A stretch of DNA of 64,000 nt from Camelus ferus. Lineage: Eukaryota. The stretch is taken from the NCBI RefSeq assembly GCF_009834535.1, contig NC_045698.1, positions 2,544,001-2,608,000 on the forward strand. The letters run 5' to 3'. A program made the position numbers and the translations under genes. Shown here in pieces: positions 13,301 to 26,263 of the stretch (position 1 is its first letter; the number at the start of each line of letters is the position of its first letter). The notes under the pieces were generated by a model. It was not told the DNA's origin. It ran no database searches and saw nothing but the letters and a program-made list of their open reading frames with translations.

Positions 13301-14558
13301 AGCACCAACATTTGTAATAAAGGAACCAGTGCCTCTTGGAGAAATGGGTGACTTATTTTAGGACTGTGGTGGGACATAGTTGGGCTGAACCCTGAGCATC
13401 TTAGACTGGTAGAACATAAGGAAGTGCTCAGTACCTCCATCCACACGTGTGCGCATGTGCACAGGCATGCCCTCAGGTGAACATACACGCACCGCACAAC
13501 ATGGGCAAACGCCAAAGGGACACAGGAGCTAAGTGAGGGAACTCAGCACGGCTAAAGCCCTTCTTCTTGCGAGCAACACAAAGTGGCAGTGGGTTATATC
13601 CCAAAGTACAAAGTGAGCATTCATGATTCCATAATGATATAAAACATTGATCACTAAATAAATAAATGAGAAAAATAGACAACAAATGTCCAATACAGAA
13701 TTATTACGAATCATTTACAGAGATACCCCACCCTCTGGACCTGGAGCATAGTTCCCTCCTCCTTAAGTGTGGGTGCCGTGTAGAAACTTCCCCCTGAAGA
13801 CTTCAGTAAGAAAGGGAGGGTGTCACCTTACAGTGGGAAGAACTGGGCACAATGCCACCTAAGCCAGGTAATCAAGGTTGACGCCAAAAGTGACAAGTCA
13901 CGTCGAAGGTGTGGACTCTCGATATGATGCATTGAGAGGCTCTTAACCCCGCGCTCTTCTGGGTAACCCAGAAGCCCCCTCTAATCGTGAGAAAAACCCC
14001 AGACAACCGCCCCGCCGGGGGCGTTCTGCAAACTACCCGATTGTTGCTCCTCAAAGCTGTCAAGGTCATCAAAAACAGGAAACATCTCAGACTGTCACAG
14101 CAAGAGGTACTTCAGGGGACATGGTGGCTAAATATAAGATGGTGTGCTGGATGAGATCCTGGGACAGAAACAGGACATTAGGGGAAAAACTAAGGATGTC
14201 TGCATAAATGATGGACTTTCATTAACAGTAATGCATCAGTCTTAGGTCTTTAATTCTGGCAAATGTATCATATTAATTAAAGATGTTAAAAATAGAAAAA
14301 TGTAAGAAGTGTCTATAATATCTTTTTTAACATTTTTTATTGATTTGTAATCATTTTACGATGTGTCAGATTCCAGTGTAGAGCACAATTTTTCAGTTAT
14401 ACATGAACATACATGTATTCATTGTCACATTTTTTTCTCTGTGAGTTACCACAAGATCTTGTATATATTTCCCTGTGCTACACAGCATAATCTTGTTTAT
14501 CTGTGCTTTTTTTTTTTGTAATTTTGAAACTTTTCTCAAACAAATTTGTATTTTTTTA
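10360..14558 (+). mobile_element. old 5'-truncated LINE-1 (L1MC/L1MD-type): decayed ORF2 plus long 3' UTR
   Basis: ORF2 remnants (DGFTGDFY-like segment near 10400; ETRQGCPLSP in ORF 10653-11036 matches the L1 RT motif GTRQGCPLSP), then L1MC-type 3' UTR motifs to about 14320 and 14500-14558. Confidence 0.88.
14322..14501 (-). mobile_element. short 3' end of a young camelid-type L1 nested in the old L1 tail
   Basis: ttttttaacattttttattgatttgtaatcatttta...cacaatttttcagttat is near-identical to the L1 tail at 54190-54360. Confidence 0.85.
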
Positions 14559-16291
14559 AGACATGCAATGATGGTCATGGGTGGAACTGAAGAAGGGTCT
14601 GGAGGGAAACAGGCTGCCCTCAGCCACCTCCCAGATGCCTTAGTCTGATGGACATTCTTAACTGGTTAAGATTAGCAGTTGTAAATTCACGGGACTTCAT
14701 TGCATTTGATGCTGATAAAGCCCCCACTGCCCTTCCTACTTTGCTGGTGCCGTGGCACTGTTGTCTATGCAGCGACACCAAGCAAGAGTAAGTCAGAGCT
14801 GGGCTTCAAGATAACGGCAGTTATGAGGCTGGAGAGGAGTCAGTCATAGCAGAGCAGGCGGCAGTGACAGTCAAGGGGTGGCTGGACTGTCCGAGCTCCT
14901 CGCCGGCGCAGGCGCGTCGGAGGGGCGGTCCCCTCCCCAGTTGCACAAAGAGCCCGTGTAAACAGCCACTTGTGCTGGTTGAACTGTTAACCTTCAAACA
15001 CCGTTTCATTTAAACTCAATTACTTACATGACCAGGGCCAGCGGTTTCTAAAAAGGAGACTCTCATCTACCGTGTTAGGTGTTCTGCCAAAACCCAGCGT
15101 GAATTTTGTTTTCTTTAAAAACCACCATTTCCATATAATTGGATTAACCCAGCATGTGACTATGGCCAGATGCCGGACCTCTCTAGGTCGGGCAGCCCCC
15201 TCACGCGACTTCTCTCAAGCTTCTCTCATAACATTCTGAAGGTTAAAATTGAGCCATTGGCTGGAAAGGACCTTCAAGTGTCCTTGAGAAGTTACAGCTG
15301 TGGGCCAGGAGGAAGGCCGCCAAGGGCCCTGGGCAAGTCTCAGATGTGCGAGCCGCTGTGGTCAGAGATCCAGCAATGGTGTGCTGATTAATTGATTGCA
15401 ACAACCTCTAATTTTGCTAAGATGTGTGTAGGGGGGAATAATTCTCAAGTAATTATTAAATTTGCAAACTGTCCAGGTAGTTGAGCTTTCACGTCTCCTT
15501 TTCAAGAACTATTTCACTGGGTGCAAATCCAGCTTCTTTCTTTCTCCAGCAACTTCCATCTTTCTGTTCTACAGACTCAGGACTTTGACTAGGCAAATAT
15601 CTGTCAAAACCCTACTATACACTGTGACTGCGAGGGCTGGGAGGGCGCCTGCCCTCGAGAAGCTTATTCTAGGGCAGGAAACGTGGAAGCACGCAGGGAC
15701 TCCGACGTGCAGACAGCTCTGTGAAAACAGAGGGAAGTATTATTCTAAACGCAGGGAAGGGACGGAGGAGGCGCCCTTGGAGCTGGATGAAGCTTTAAGC
15801 CTGAGGGGCACTCTTCACTTTGGAAGGGACTGGGGGTCCTTGGGCTTCACGGTGCTGGTGGGTTTCTGTGCGGACATTCTGAGTATGTTGGGACTTTGAG
15901 AACCACACCACTCTCTGAATTTCTGTTGAAAGGTGAGGTTAGCATACCCTTCTGGGGCTTGAGATTAGAAAGCTGCCCTGAGTAGGGGCCAAGGGACAAG
16001 TTTTACAGACGAAGCCCCGTGGGGCACCTGTAAGACCACCCACAACATTTTTTTTTTTTTTGGAAGAAGTGACAGCTTCTCTTCTTGAATGTTCATAAAG
16101 TGCCGTTTTCCGCCAAGATGCTGGTCCGCCTGGTGGGGCTCCACCTTGATGCTCCGACCCACACACACACCCCTGGAGCCCCTTCCTCAGAGGTGCCCCT
16201 GGAAGGCCTACCCTCCTGGGGATGACAGCCCCTGACTCTCTAGCACCTCCCAGGCCTGACTGCTTTTATTTTTTTTTTTTAAGTTTCATCT

Positions 16292-16388
16292 AATTTTTAT
16301 TACTATTTTTCAATGGAGGCACTGGAGGTTGAACCCAGGACCTCGCACATGCTAAACATGTGCTCTACCACTGAGCTACACCCTCCCC
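16292..16388 (-). mobile_element. tRNA-derived SINE (camelid Vic-type) with target-site duplication
   Basis: minus strand reads ggggagggtgtagctcagtggtagagc (A box)...ctgggttcaacctcc (B box), then A-rich tail; flanks taagtttcatct (16280-16291) / taagtgtcatct (16389-16400). Confidence 0.9.
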
Positions 16389-19300
16389 TAAGTGTCATCT
16401 TTAGAAGGGGGACAGATGGATAACAGGAGATAGAAGGCATGGATACTGAGAAGATGTTGACCATGGAGGGTCTCCAGGCTTGTCCAAGAGAGGCAGGAGT
16501 TTGGGCAATATTACCTTAGAAAGAGCCAAAAGAGATGCTGTAGTCATCCAGTCAAAGAGAAGAATGTGGGGTTACATTTCCCTGCTACCCACAAGAGGAC
16601 CTGCCCCCACAGGCCATGGAAAATCAAGGCAGACACATCCCTGAGCATTTTCTAGGGAAAACATGGTCTTTTCTGCAGCTGTTTGTCATACGTGCACAAG
16701 GATTCTATAGTCTTTCCTTCCTGGCTCGGATTCGCCAACCCTCTGTTCGTCTTCCTAGCAACAATTTTTAACCTTATATAATAGTTGCAATTTCAAATGC
16801 TAACTTTCCTGGCAGTGTGGGCTGCTTAAATTACGAGGTCTTCACTCCCTAGTGCGGGACTGGACCCACAGATTGAAGCTTTGTCCAGTGCATGGATACA
16901 CAGGACAGATACACAGGTGACCATCACTAAACCATCACTCCCCAAACTAAGGTAAAAGGCTTCCACATCTGGTCAATGCATTAATGTCCCTGCAAAATGT
17001 GTCTGAGACATTGTGCAAGTATATTGTCACTTTAATTCATATACACACTGATATATTTAAATGGTAGTAAAATCATCACCATTAGAAGAGATTTGCAGAG
17101 ATTTATAATAACATTATTGACTGTTACTCTATCTCCCAAAGTAGCTGAGGTCAGATTAAAAGTCATGTCACAAGCTGGAGTTTAACATATGCAGAATTTG
17201 AGCAAAGAAGAACAGCTTCCCTGAGATGAGATAACGGTTTATTAGCAGGGTGCGAAGTTGAGTGGAATGAGAAGACGGTTGTAATTATTGTGGCCGGCAC
17301 AGCTGGATGGGTGGTTTGAACAGAAGGTCAAGACACGGAGCCAGTCTGACAAATTGTGGGAACTTCTATGACTCGTAGAGAATGGAGAGTAACTTCTTCC
17401 TCTTTCTTTTTCTTGGAGAGAAAGCTCCAGCAAGGCCAAAGCCTTGACTTGCAAGTTTTTAATTACCCATCCCTCGATGGGGTTAACTGTGCAATTTGAG
17501 GAGGGACAAATTTTTCCTGAGATAATTAAAAATAGATTTTAGCAATTTCTGGAAAAAGAAAAAGACAAAACAGATGAAACCTGACAGGACCCAGGCTGTG
17601 GTAGATGTGATTAAGCAAATGTCAACATGAAAAAAAAGAAAAAAAGAAAGAGAAAGAAAAACACGCGATTGGACCAGTCACTCCTGTTTCACCAATAACA
17701 TGAAAGGCCCATCCCACAGTGAGTTCAGTGCAACAAAGTGGCAGAAATTTTGGGAAGAGTGGGTTAAGGATGGCTGGCTGCTCTGGAGCTGAGCCCACTC
17801 CAGGGATTTGAATAGGACGGGGTGGCCAGGAGAGGCCGCGTGGCCGGATGCGGTGGGCAGACAGTGTGGCCGAGAAGTGGAAGGCTTTCAAAACAGTAAA
17901 TAAGCAGTCTGGCAAAGAGACAGACGGGGACAGGGCTACCCAAACAATCACAAGACAGGCAGCAGGCTAGTCAGAGGTGTGGAAAAGAAAGTGGAAGTTT
18001 GCTAAGGGTATTCTATTTAGAACAACTGAGCTCTCCAGTTGAAGCAAGCAGGCAGACCCATTGCTCCTGGGGACCAGAGGAGGAGCGAAGCATGAGGGTG
18101 AGGGGGCCTGGAGCTTCCCTGGGGGCTGAGGGAGGAAGGAGGGGTTCCCTGCTCCCCCGGCACTCCTCCCACTGAGGCTGGGGTGGTCTCCCAGAGACAG
18201 CACACACGGAAGCTGCGAATCAGTGACGTGGATGCGTAACTGGGCGAAACTCACACACTCTCCAGGGGAAACCCCACCCCGATGCGGTGCCACCTGAGAA
18301 GCGATCCTTGAATACACTTTGCACTGGGAAAGGCATCCAGCCACTCAGAGCCCAGGGTTTGCATTTGTAAGTGAGAGCTGGGTATCTCCTCTGGCCCTAA
18401 AGTGTATTCAAGTTCAAGCCAGATGAACGGAGCCTCGCTGTAACTGCTGCACAGAAGAAAATGTCCGGATCTGGGAAACTGCTGCATGAAATACACTTTC
18501 CAAACTGTTGGGTCCTTGAGAGCAAATACTTCCTCATACACACGGCTTCCCCAAGTCCTCAGTTCTGTTTCACTTGTAAAATTCTTTCAAGTTTGGGCCA
18601 AAATAAAATCAGCAAGAAAAAAAATCAAATAACTAAATAAAACTCAACGTATGTGTTCCTGAAGAGTGGAGTATATGTGACTTTTGGTGAACCAAATCCT
18701 ATTTTCTCATTGACGTGTTTTAACATTTCAGTGATGCTTTTTCTCACTGTCCGGTTGATCGTCAGTGAATGTCAGCTCTGATGGTTCACGTTACACAACC
18801 TCCATCTCTGGGTCAGCTGGTCCGTTATCTGTAACCCTGGCAGCTCTAAGGAGCCTGGAACGTTTCTGTAGGATGCAGGCTGCCAGCAAGTTTAAGAGAG
18901 AATGTGCTCTCCATGCGGACTCCCCACCCACAGCTCCTGCTGGCACCCGGGATCCCGGCGACGCTCTGCCCGCAGCTCCTTGCCGGGCGCCTCCATCTCC
19001 GGAGCCCCTGCTCTCACAGGTCCCTCCGGGTATTCCCCAGGGTCCTGTCCCCGGGGCTCCCCCCACTTCCCCGGCTTCTCCGCTCTTTCTTCATTGGCTC
19101 TGACCTCTCCTGGCTCCTGTCATCAGTCATCACGCAGGGTCGGCTGATGACCTGGTTCTAGATCTCCAACTCCTGTTCCCCTTGCCTCGTACGTCCCCGG
19201 GACCCTGATGCTCACAGTGCAAAACAGCCCCCATGTCTCCCAAGTCTGCCCCTTGCCTGTGACTCGTAGCCACTGGCCACGCTGGATGCTAGGGGTCACT

Positions 19301-19525
19301 CTTCGTCCTCTGTGTCCTTCATCCACAAGTGCTGAGGTTCCTCGTTTCCCAGGAGTCGTCCCCCTGGGTGGCCCTGAGGCAGGAAGGGGGCAGGGCACAG
19401 CCATTAGAGGACTGCTACAGCAATCAGCATCAAAGTGGTGGAAGATTCAACCCGAGGAGGCCTTGAGGCTCAAGATGACAGGAGATTCAACTTCCAGTAG
19501 AACCTGAGCTTCATTATACGCCCAT

Positions 19526-20003
19526 TGTAACATCAGCATGGTGAATAGCACGCCCGCAGGCGCCATGGCAGCCCCAAGGCTGGCCACAAAAGGTCAAAGG
19601 GTGGGAAACGGCCAACTCCCCAGGACGCCCAGCCCTTCCCCAGGCCACTTAGACTGGGCCTTCCACTTATTTGCATATGAAGCCACCAAGCCCATAAAAA
19701 TGGGCAACCCTGCCCCTCAAAGGGCTGCGACCCCCACCCCCACCCCCGTTCGGAGACGGCCCGCACTCTGTGGAATGTGTACCTACTTTAAATCTGAGCA
19801 CCCAACCCCCACACCCTGTGGCCTTTCTCTCGCCTTTCAACGTATCTCTCTGCATAAATCTACCTTCACTCAACTGAGGCTCACTCTTGAATTCTTTCCT
19901 GCACGAAGCCAAAGACCTACGGCTGGCAGGGCACGTCCCAGGGGCTCAACCGAAGCCTGGGACATGGCCCTCCTCACACCCCAAGTCCGTTTTTCCTGCA
20001 TCA
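19526..20003 (+). mobile_element. ERV class-I-like solo LTR
   Basis: starts TGTAAC, ends ttttcctgcatCA; octamer ATTTGCAT (19669-19676), TATA-like cataaaaa, and U5-like ctcactcttgaattctttcctgc..gaagccaa; no clear TSD; family not assigned. Confidence 0.7.
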
Positions 20004-21756
20004 GCCCCACGCCCTTCTGCCCTTCCCCAGTCCCAAGCTCCCTGGATATTTGTTCCACTATAATCATTCTTGCTGGAGCGGAGGGACCGGCCCAGGCTGG
20101 GCCTCCATTTCAGGTTAGCAGCTGAGACGCAGAGAAGACCTTTAGAAGAGCTCATGGCCCCCGGCGGTCCCAGGACGACATCCCAGTTCCCCAGCCCCCA
20201 CCGTCCTCTCCAGTACCCCCCCACCCCGCTCCTGGTCCGGCCGCATGGAGTGGCTTTTCTGTGCCCGACACGGCTCTGTGCCCTTGGCTCTGGCTGTCTC
20301 TCCGACCTCCACGTGGAGGCCCTCCTCCAGGAGCCATCCTCAGGGCACGTCGGGCTGGGCCCTCCGCCCCTCCTGCCTGTGCATCCCCTGCCAGCTGGGG
20401 CCTTGGCTTCTCACCGGCTCCTGGGCTGCAGTCAGAGCCGGGAGGGCAGGGGCTGTGTCTTGCCTGTTTCCCGTCCAGGGCTCTGGCCGCCACCCCCACA
20501 GCAGGAACAAAACCAGTGCTTCCCCTGTGAGACTAAGCCTCAGGGTGACCACGGTGATTTGCTGCTTTAAAATCAAATGCCTTCTGTGCTTGACTTCCTT
20601 CCTGCCCACCTGGCTGAGCCCCGTCCTGCCAGCACCCACTAGGGAACGCGCAGCTTCTAGAAGCAAGGATTGTGCACACTCGGGGCCTCTTGAAGTTGGG
20701 GTGCACGCAATCAGCGCCAGCACATCTGGTTTCGTTCCAGCCGACTCCTCCTTCCCTGGCGTTTTCAGTAGGGTAGAGCGATATTCAGATTCCAGAGGAT
20801 GTACCCACCACGGGCCTGGCAGATTCATCCTCAGGCGACATCTGCTGAGAATTTTCCAATGACGTAATGTGTATAAAGCACGTGAAGAGGGGGTGATCGT
20901 GAGATGATGAGATTAAAATGCGAAGCCGGGGCGGGAGCGTCTGCACAGAGCACTGATCGGTGCTTCTAACCAACGCTGTGTGTGTCCCGAGGGGCAGTGG
21001 GGCACACCGCGTCCCCCCGAGCCCGGGGCACGCGCCCGGGCGGCGCGGGACAGCTGGGCTGCCAGCGCGCTGGCTCCGCTCAGCGAGGGTTTCCTGTTTG
21101 CTCCAAGGTCTGCCGGGAGGCCGGGGCTTGCCAGAGGGTCTGCGGGTCATTCCCTCGTCCTTACTCATCAGAACTTCATTCATGACCCCTAGTATTACCT
21201 ACCCTGGAAATTCTCTGAAAGTTCTGATTTCCCCCAAACAACTTGCTGAGTCACCAAAAACAAACAACAAGATTGTTTTCTCCCCCGGTCCTTAAAACAT
21301 ATAATCTGGGCTCCCTGTCTGCCAGGGTGCCGGGTTCCACCGTGGAGAGCTTGACCACGTTTTGTCAGGCTCCTCTGAGCCCAGGCTCCGTGAGGCCCCC
21401 TCCTCGGCTCGTCCCCCCCTGGCCTGCACGGACGGCCCCGTGGTCACGTGGCTCCCCCAGGTCCGTCTCTGTAAGAAAGCCCCTCCCTTGCTGTGTCCTT
21501 GCAGTACCTTCCTTCCCACTGACCCCCCGCGCTGCTTGTTGGCTGCAAATCCCCCAGCCTCCCCTGCCCTCTGAGCTGTGCCCCGTCTCCCTCCTCCATT
21601 GCAATAGTCCTGCAGAACGTCTTCCCTCCCATTGTAATAAATGGCCAGGTGCGTTTTTTCTTTAACAATCTATATTTGAAGTTATTTTCTCCTAGGATGT
21701 GATGTGCTAGGAACGCTCTCTACTTGGCCCAGGGACCTCGCACAAGCCCGTGTGAC

Positions 21757-21815
21757 CACACACGCACACACACACATGCGCACACACATGCACACACACA
21801 CGGCACCACACACAC
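21757..21815. repeat. imperfect (CA)n
   Basis: direct reading. Confidence 0.85.
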
Positions 21816-22247
21816 GTGGCCGCGAGGACAGACTTTTTCTATATTGTTCTTTCTATCATCACACTTATCCGTGTCATTGCTTCAGCTCCTGGGTGCAAAC
21901 TTAAGCATGAATTCAAAGAGGATACAACTTTCATAGTAAGTCTCTGGTCTTTTTCTAAATCAGAAGAGTTTGGTAAGAAATCGTTTGACAAATTATTTCA
22001 CTTAACACAGGAGAAAAAAAGTTTCACTGAGTCTGTGGAGAGTTAGCGTCCAGGAGTAGCTACGTGTGACGTGTTACTTCTTCTACCGTATGTGTTAAGG
22101 ACTCATGTCCAGTTACAATTGGATGCCAGGCTAATTCACCGTATAGATGCAAACATTTGTTTTACCTTGTATTTTTATATTTTACAGAAAAGAATTTTAG
22201 AATATATTTCAGAACAATACAACATATTTTCATTTCAAGGCAGCCCT

Positions 22248-22284
22248 ACATACACACACACTCATACACACACACACACACACA
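22248..22284. repeat. imperfect (CA)n
   Basis: direct reading. Confidence 0.85.
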
Positions 22285-23104
22285 AATACCTCTTTCCTAA
22301 ATAAATCTTTTGTTCCAATTTCTATAAGGAAATTATTTATAACAGAGCAGAAAGCTTTCAGCTTTGGTGGGGATTTTCTTAAATCAGTGGCGTCATGTGG
22401 TAGTTTACCCCCGGCATATTTTTTTTTTTTTTTAAATTTAGAAAATGTAAAATGAGAAGTATAAATAAAGCAAAAACTCAGAGTTATATGAAAAGATACA
22501 GGGTTGATGCATCAATCAAAACGAGCTCTTGAGAGAGACAGCGCTGCTCCTGTGAAGGGTGCCGTGGAACTTTCCAGAACTCCTTTAAATCTGCGCCGAG
22601 AGCTCTTAAATAAACAGGTTGCTGACTGGCTACCCTCGGCAGTTCTGACTGAATGAGACCTACATCTTCAACATGAGGTTCTCTAATGGTTCTCATGATG
22701 GGGCAACTCTGACAACCAATGAACCGAGCAAGGTCATGACTGGACCACAAAGCCATGTCCACACTCAGGGATAGCTTGCAATTTTGTTTCTGATAAACTC
22801 AAATGCAAGTCTGAATTATGACGTATTGGCCGTTTATAGTTTTAAGGTATCTTGGAGATGTTAAAACCTGTACGGATCAATGGTTTTCAAACTATGCTTC
22901 ACTCCAGAGAACAGGAACTAAGGTGGAGGTGTGTAGCTGGGAGAAGCGGTGGGGAAGAACTCGTCGCAATCCACACAGAAAAGAGCAGCCTCACTGTTAC
23001 TTATTTTATAGTGTTTTCCCACTAAACTTCCTCTAAATGAAAGGCTTCCTGCTTTAAAAAAAAATCTGAGAGCAATGACAATCTATACAACTGATTCTCA
23101 GATT

Positions 23105-23225
23105 ATGTTAAAATGCAGATTCTGCCTCAGTGGGTCTAGGGCTGGGCGGATGTCCTGCTTCTGTCAGAAGGTCCCGGGGAAGGAGCTCCTGTGGATGCCA
23201 GAACCAGTGTCTGCCTGGCTGGGGT
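23105..23225. mobile_element. MER5-like hAT-Charlie fragment
   Basis: tgttaaaatgcagattctg..tcagtgggtctagggctggg resembles the MER5 core. Confidence 0.55.
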
Positions 23226-23231
23226 CCAGAC

Positions 23232-23523
23232 CAACGCTGTCAAAGAGAATAAAACATTAGCCACTTACGATATTTAAGGTGCCTTTGTAGTAAAAAGCAA
23301 AATTATGCACAGAGACTTGATGCGATCCAATATAGCGCACATATTATCAATTCAACATGTGGTCGTTATTGAAATATACCCACAGGATGTTTCATTTCTC
23401 TTCGTGTGTGTGCTAAGTCTTTGAAACTGGATGGATATGTTGCAGTTCAAGCATATCTCAGTCTGGACTAGCTACGTTTCCAGTGTTCAGCAGCCACGTC
23501 TTCTACCATCTTGGAAAGTGTGG
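23232..23523. mobile_element. MER33/MER3-like hAT-Charlie DNA transposon with 8-bp TSD
   Basis: ends gctgtcaaa...ttggaaagtg; internal catatctcagtctggactagctacgtttccagtgttcagcagccacg; hAT-type TSD gtccagac (23224-23231) / gtctagac (23524-23531). Confidence 0.8.
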
Positions 23524-25494
23524 GTCTAGACAAAGGCTGATCCGAGGTTCAAATGCTTTTCAACAGCATCCTAGTAAGGTCTTGTCAACCACTTCTCAAA
23601 CATTTCAAATATCACAAAATCTAGTGCCTTGGAAAATTGTCAATTTATCTGCAGTCACGCCCCCACCCTCCACCCCTTTTAGGTTAAAACTCCTCTTGTA
23701 GCTTCTATGCATTGCTTCCAAATCTAACCCTTACAGTTGCATAGAATTAAGCTGATCTATTTTTGGCATAAAATATTTTCAAATATCTCAGGTTTTTCTG
23801 TTTGTTTCTTTTTCAGAGCTTCACCAGATCTTTTCTTCTCTTGAGCTACATAGTGTTAATCTCTTTTTTTCTAACCTATTTTTGGAGGGTTTTTCGGTTT
23901 ATTTTTTGGGTTTTTTTCCTCCAGATCTTTTTCCTCTGGACATAATTTTGCTTTTTGCTTTGCCCCTTTTCAATTCAGAGTATGGGACAAGGGCGATGTT
24001 CTGGCTGTGATCTAACCAGAGCAGTCCCTGTTTCAGGAGTTATTGCGTTAGTGCAGTTCACAGCAGCTCAACACTTCTCAGAGCCATGCCCCCCAAGGGG
24101 GGGCCCTACACCCGGAGCTGGGGAGCGACTGCAGCCCTGTCATCCTGTGGACCATTGGGATTGCACCGGCTTCCTGTGCTCCAGGCAGTTTCCTTTGTGT
24201 TGTATCCAGCTCACTGTCTCAGCTGGAAAGATGCGTTTGATGCTAGTTCTATCATCCAGGGAAATTATTATTCATGCTTTAAGGCACACCAAAAAATCAG
24301 GGTGGCCTGACCTCTGTGCCCACATCCAAGGGATGGCAAATTCCGGGCTGGCCTTGAGCCAATAAAGCACATCTTTGGGGAACTGTCTTTGAACTAGTGA
24401 GGAATCTAAATTGCATTAATTTTCAGTCTACGTTTTTTTCTCGTGTCCAGAAGAAAGATGATATCTGCACCTGCTTTGCTGACATCTGCACTCAGCTATG
24501 TCTGCGATGTTCCTCACCTAGAAGTCAGTAATCTTGTCCCCAAAGGAGATGAAGTTCTCATACGTTCCTGATGGATGAGGCTCGGAGACCAGGGATAGCT
24601 GTGCTTTTCCAGGCGCTTAGGGGACAGCCCTGTCCTCCTCTTGGTCAGTGTTGATGCCCAGTTCCCTGCATTACGGTTGCCAAATCTGACCTCCTCTTAT
24701 GTGGAATCATAACTGCACCTGCTCCTCTGGTCTCCCTCTGACTTTGCGCTGCTCTGTGACTGCTCAGGGCAGTTTGTGACGTGTCAGCCATGTCCTTCCT
24801 TCCTTGTCTCAGTATCCCTGGATGTAATTAGCCCAGGCCCAGAGGTGAGAACTCATTTCCAGCTCAAAAGTGACCCTCTTCCAATCTATTTATCTAATTT
24901 GAGCGTCAATGTCCTGTTTCAATACTTATTTGATTTGCATCTTCTTGTCCAAAGTTTTGTTGATCTCAGCAAAGAGGGTTGGGGGTAGATCGGAAGCTGA
25001 GGAACTCTGGGTCTTTCAGGCATCTGTGCAGCGTTCGTGCGGTCATCTGCCCTCTCAGCGCCAGGCGCTCGGTGCCCGTCCTGCTCTTCCCGCCGCTTTC
25101 TGGGCCCTGCTTGCTCGGCCGTGGGCCCATCCAGTAACTGTCCCCCTGAGTGGCTACCCAGTGGGAGGAACTGTCCTGGGCACAGGGGACAAAATGAACA
25201 AAACCAGGAGAGTTGCCGACCCCAAGATCTTAGATTCTAGTGACTCCCCAGCCACGTGGAAAGTGGAGTCAGGCTCCGGGTGGCTTCGGGATGGCTGCAT
25301 GATTGCTGCGGAAATCGGGGGCTTTGTGCTTAAACAGGAGGCACGCTGGAAGGAAGACATCGCTGCTCATTTTTATTCTGTTTCTCCAGGTCTATTGAGC
25401 TCTGGGTCCCTTTAGATGCTGGACATGGACTGCCTGAAATAACTCGTATTCATGCTTTTTTATGATTTTAACAACTTCTTTATCCAGTCATCTG

Positions 25495-25591
25495 TCTAAA
25501 TAGATAAACAACAAGGTCCTACTGTACAGAACAGGGAACTATATTCAATATCTTGTAATAGCCTATAATGAAAAAACATGAAAAGGAATAT

Positions 25592-25635
<44 letters not shown>

Positions 25636-25718
25636 CTGAACCACTATGCTGTGCACAAGAAATTAACACAACATTGTAAACCGAGACTATATTTCAATTT
25701 AAAAAAAAGCAAAAAAAT
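25495..25718 (+). mobile_element. artiodactyl/camelid L1 3' end with internal (TG)n (25594-25633) and A tail
   Basis: tagataaacaacaaggtcctactgtacag..cagggaactatattcaatatcttgtaata...cacaacattgtaaa. Confidence 0.88.
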
Positions 25719-26224
25719 AGTTCTTTTGCATTCTATAACTGTGGAAAGTTTTATTTTTAAAGAAAAATGTGGCCCTTGAAAAAATGCAGAGCATCCTGTA
25801 CCATGACTGTAAGACAGAGACACAGCCTGACACAGACTGGAGACAAGCACTTCAATGTTCTGTTCATATGAAGCCCCGTGACCCCAGTCTGAACTTGGCA
25901 CCTTTGCTCATTGCAAAATGTTGTCTACGCAGGGCACGGGGAAGAGAGGTGGCGTCCGCTGCCCCCCGGGAGCCTCCCTGGCGCCCAGACAGTGCGGGGA
26001 GGACCAGACTCCACGGCGGTGTCTGCTAACAGTCCCGCCACTGCTCCATGTTCCCGGGGACGAGGGACCCGCAGCCCTCCTCCGTGTGACTGCAGAGGAG
26101 AAGTAAGAATGAGATGCAGAAAATGTAAATCGAATATACCTACCATTAGGACGTAAGCAAATTTAGAACAAACTTAATATAAATGCTATTCCCAAATCCA
26201 TGTCTACCCAGTCTGTGAATGCTT

Positions 26225-26226
<2 letters not shown>

Positions 26227-26262
<36 letters not shown>
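26227..26262. repeat. (TG)n microsatellite
   Basis: perfect TG run. Confidence 0.95.

Positions 26263-26263
<1 letters not shown>

Noticed and set aside
16292..16388. tRNA gene
   Set aside because: Has A/B boxes but also an A-rich tail and TSD, so it is a SINE
19538..20862. Overlapping 160-205 aa ORFs
   Set aside because: Partly within an LTR, GC-rich, open in several frames and strands, no recognisable protein
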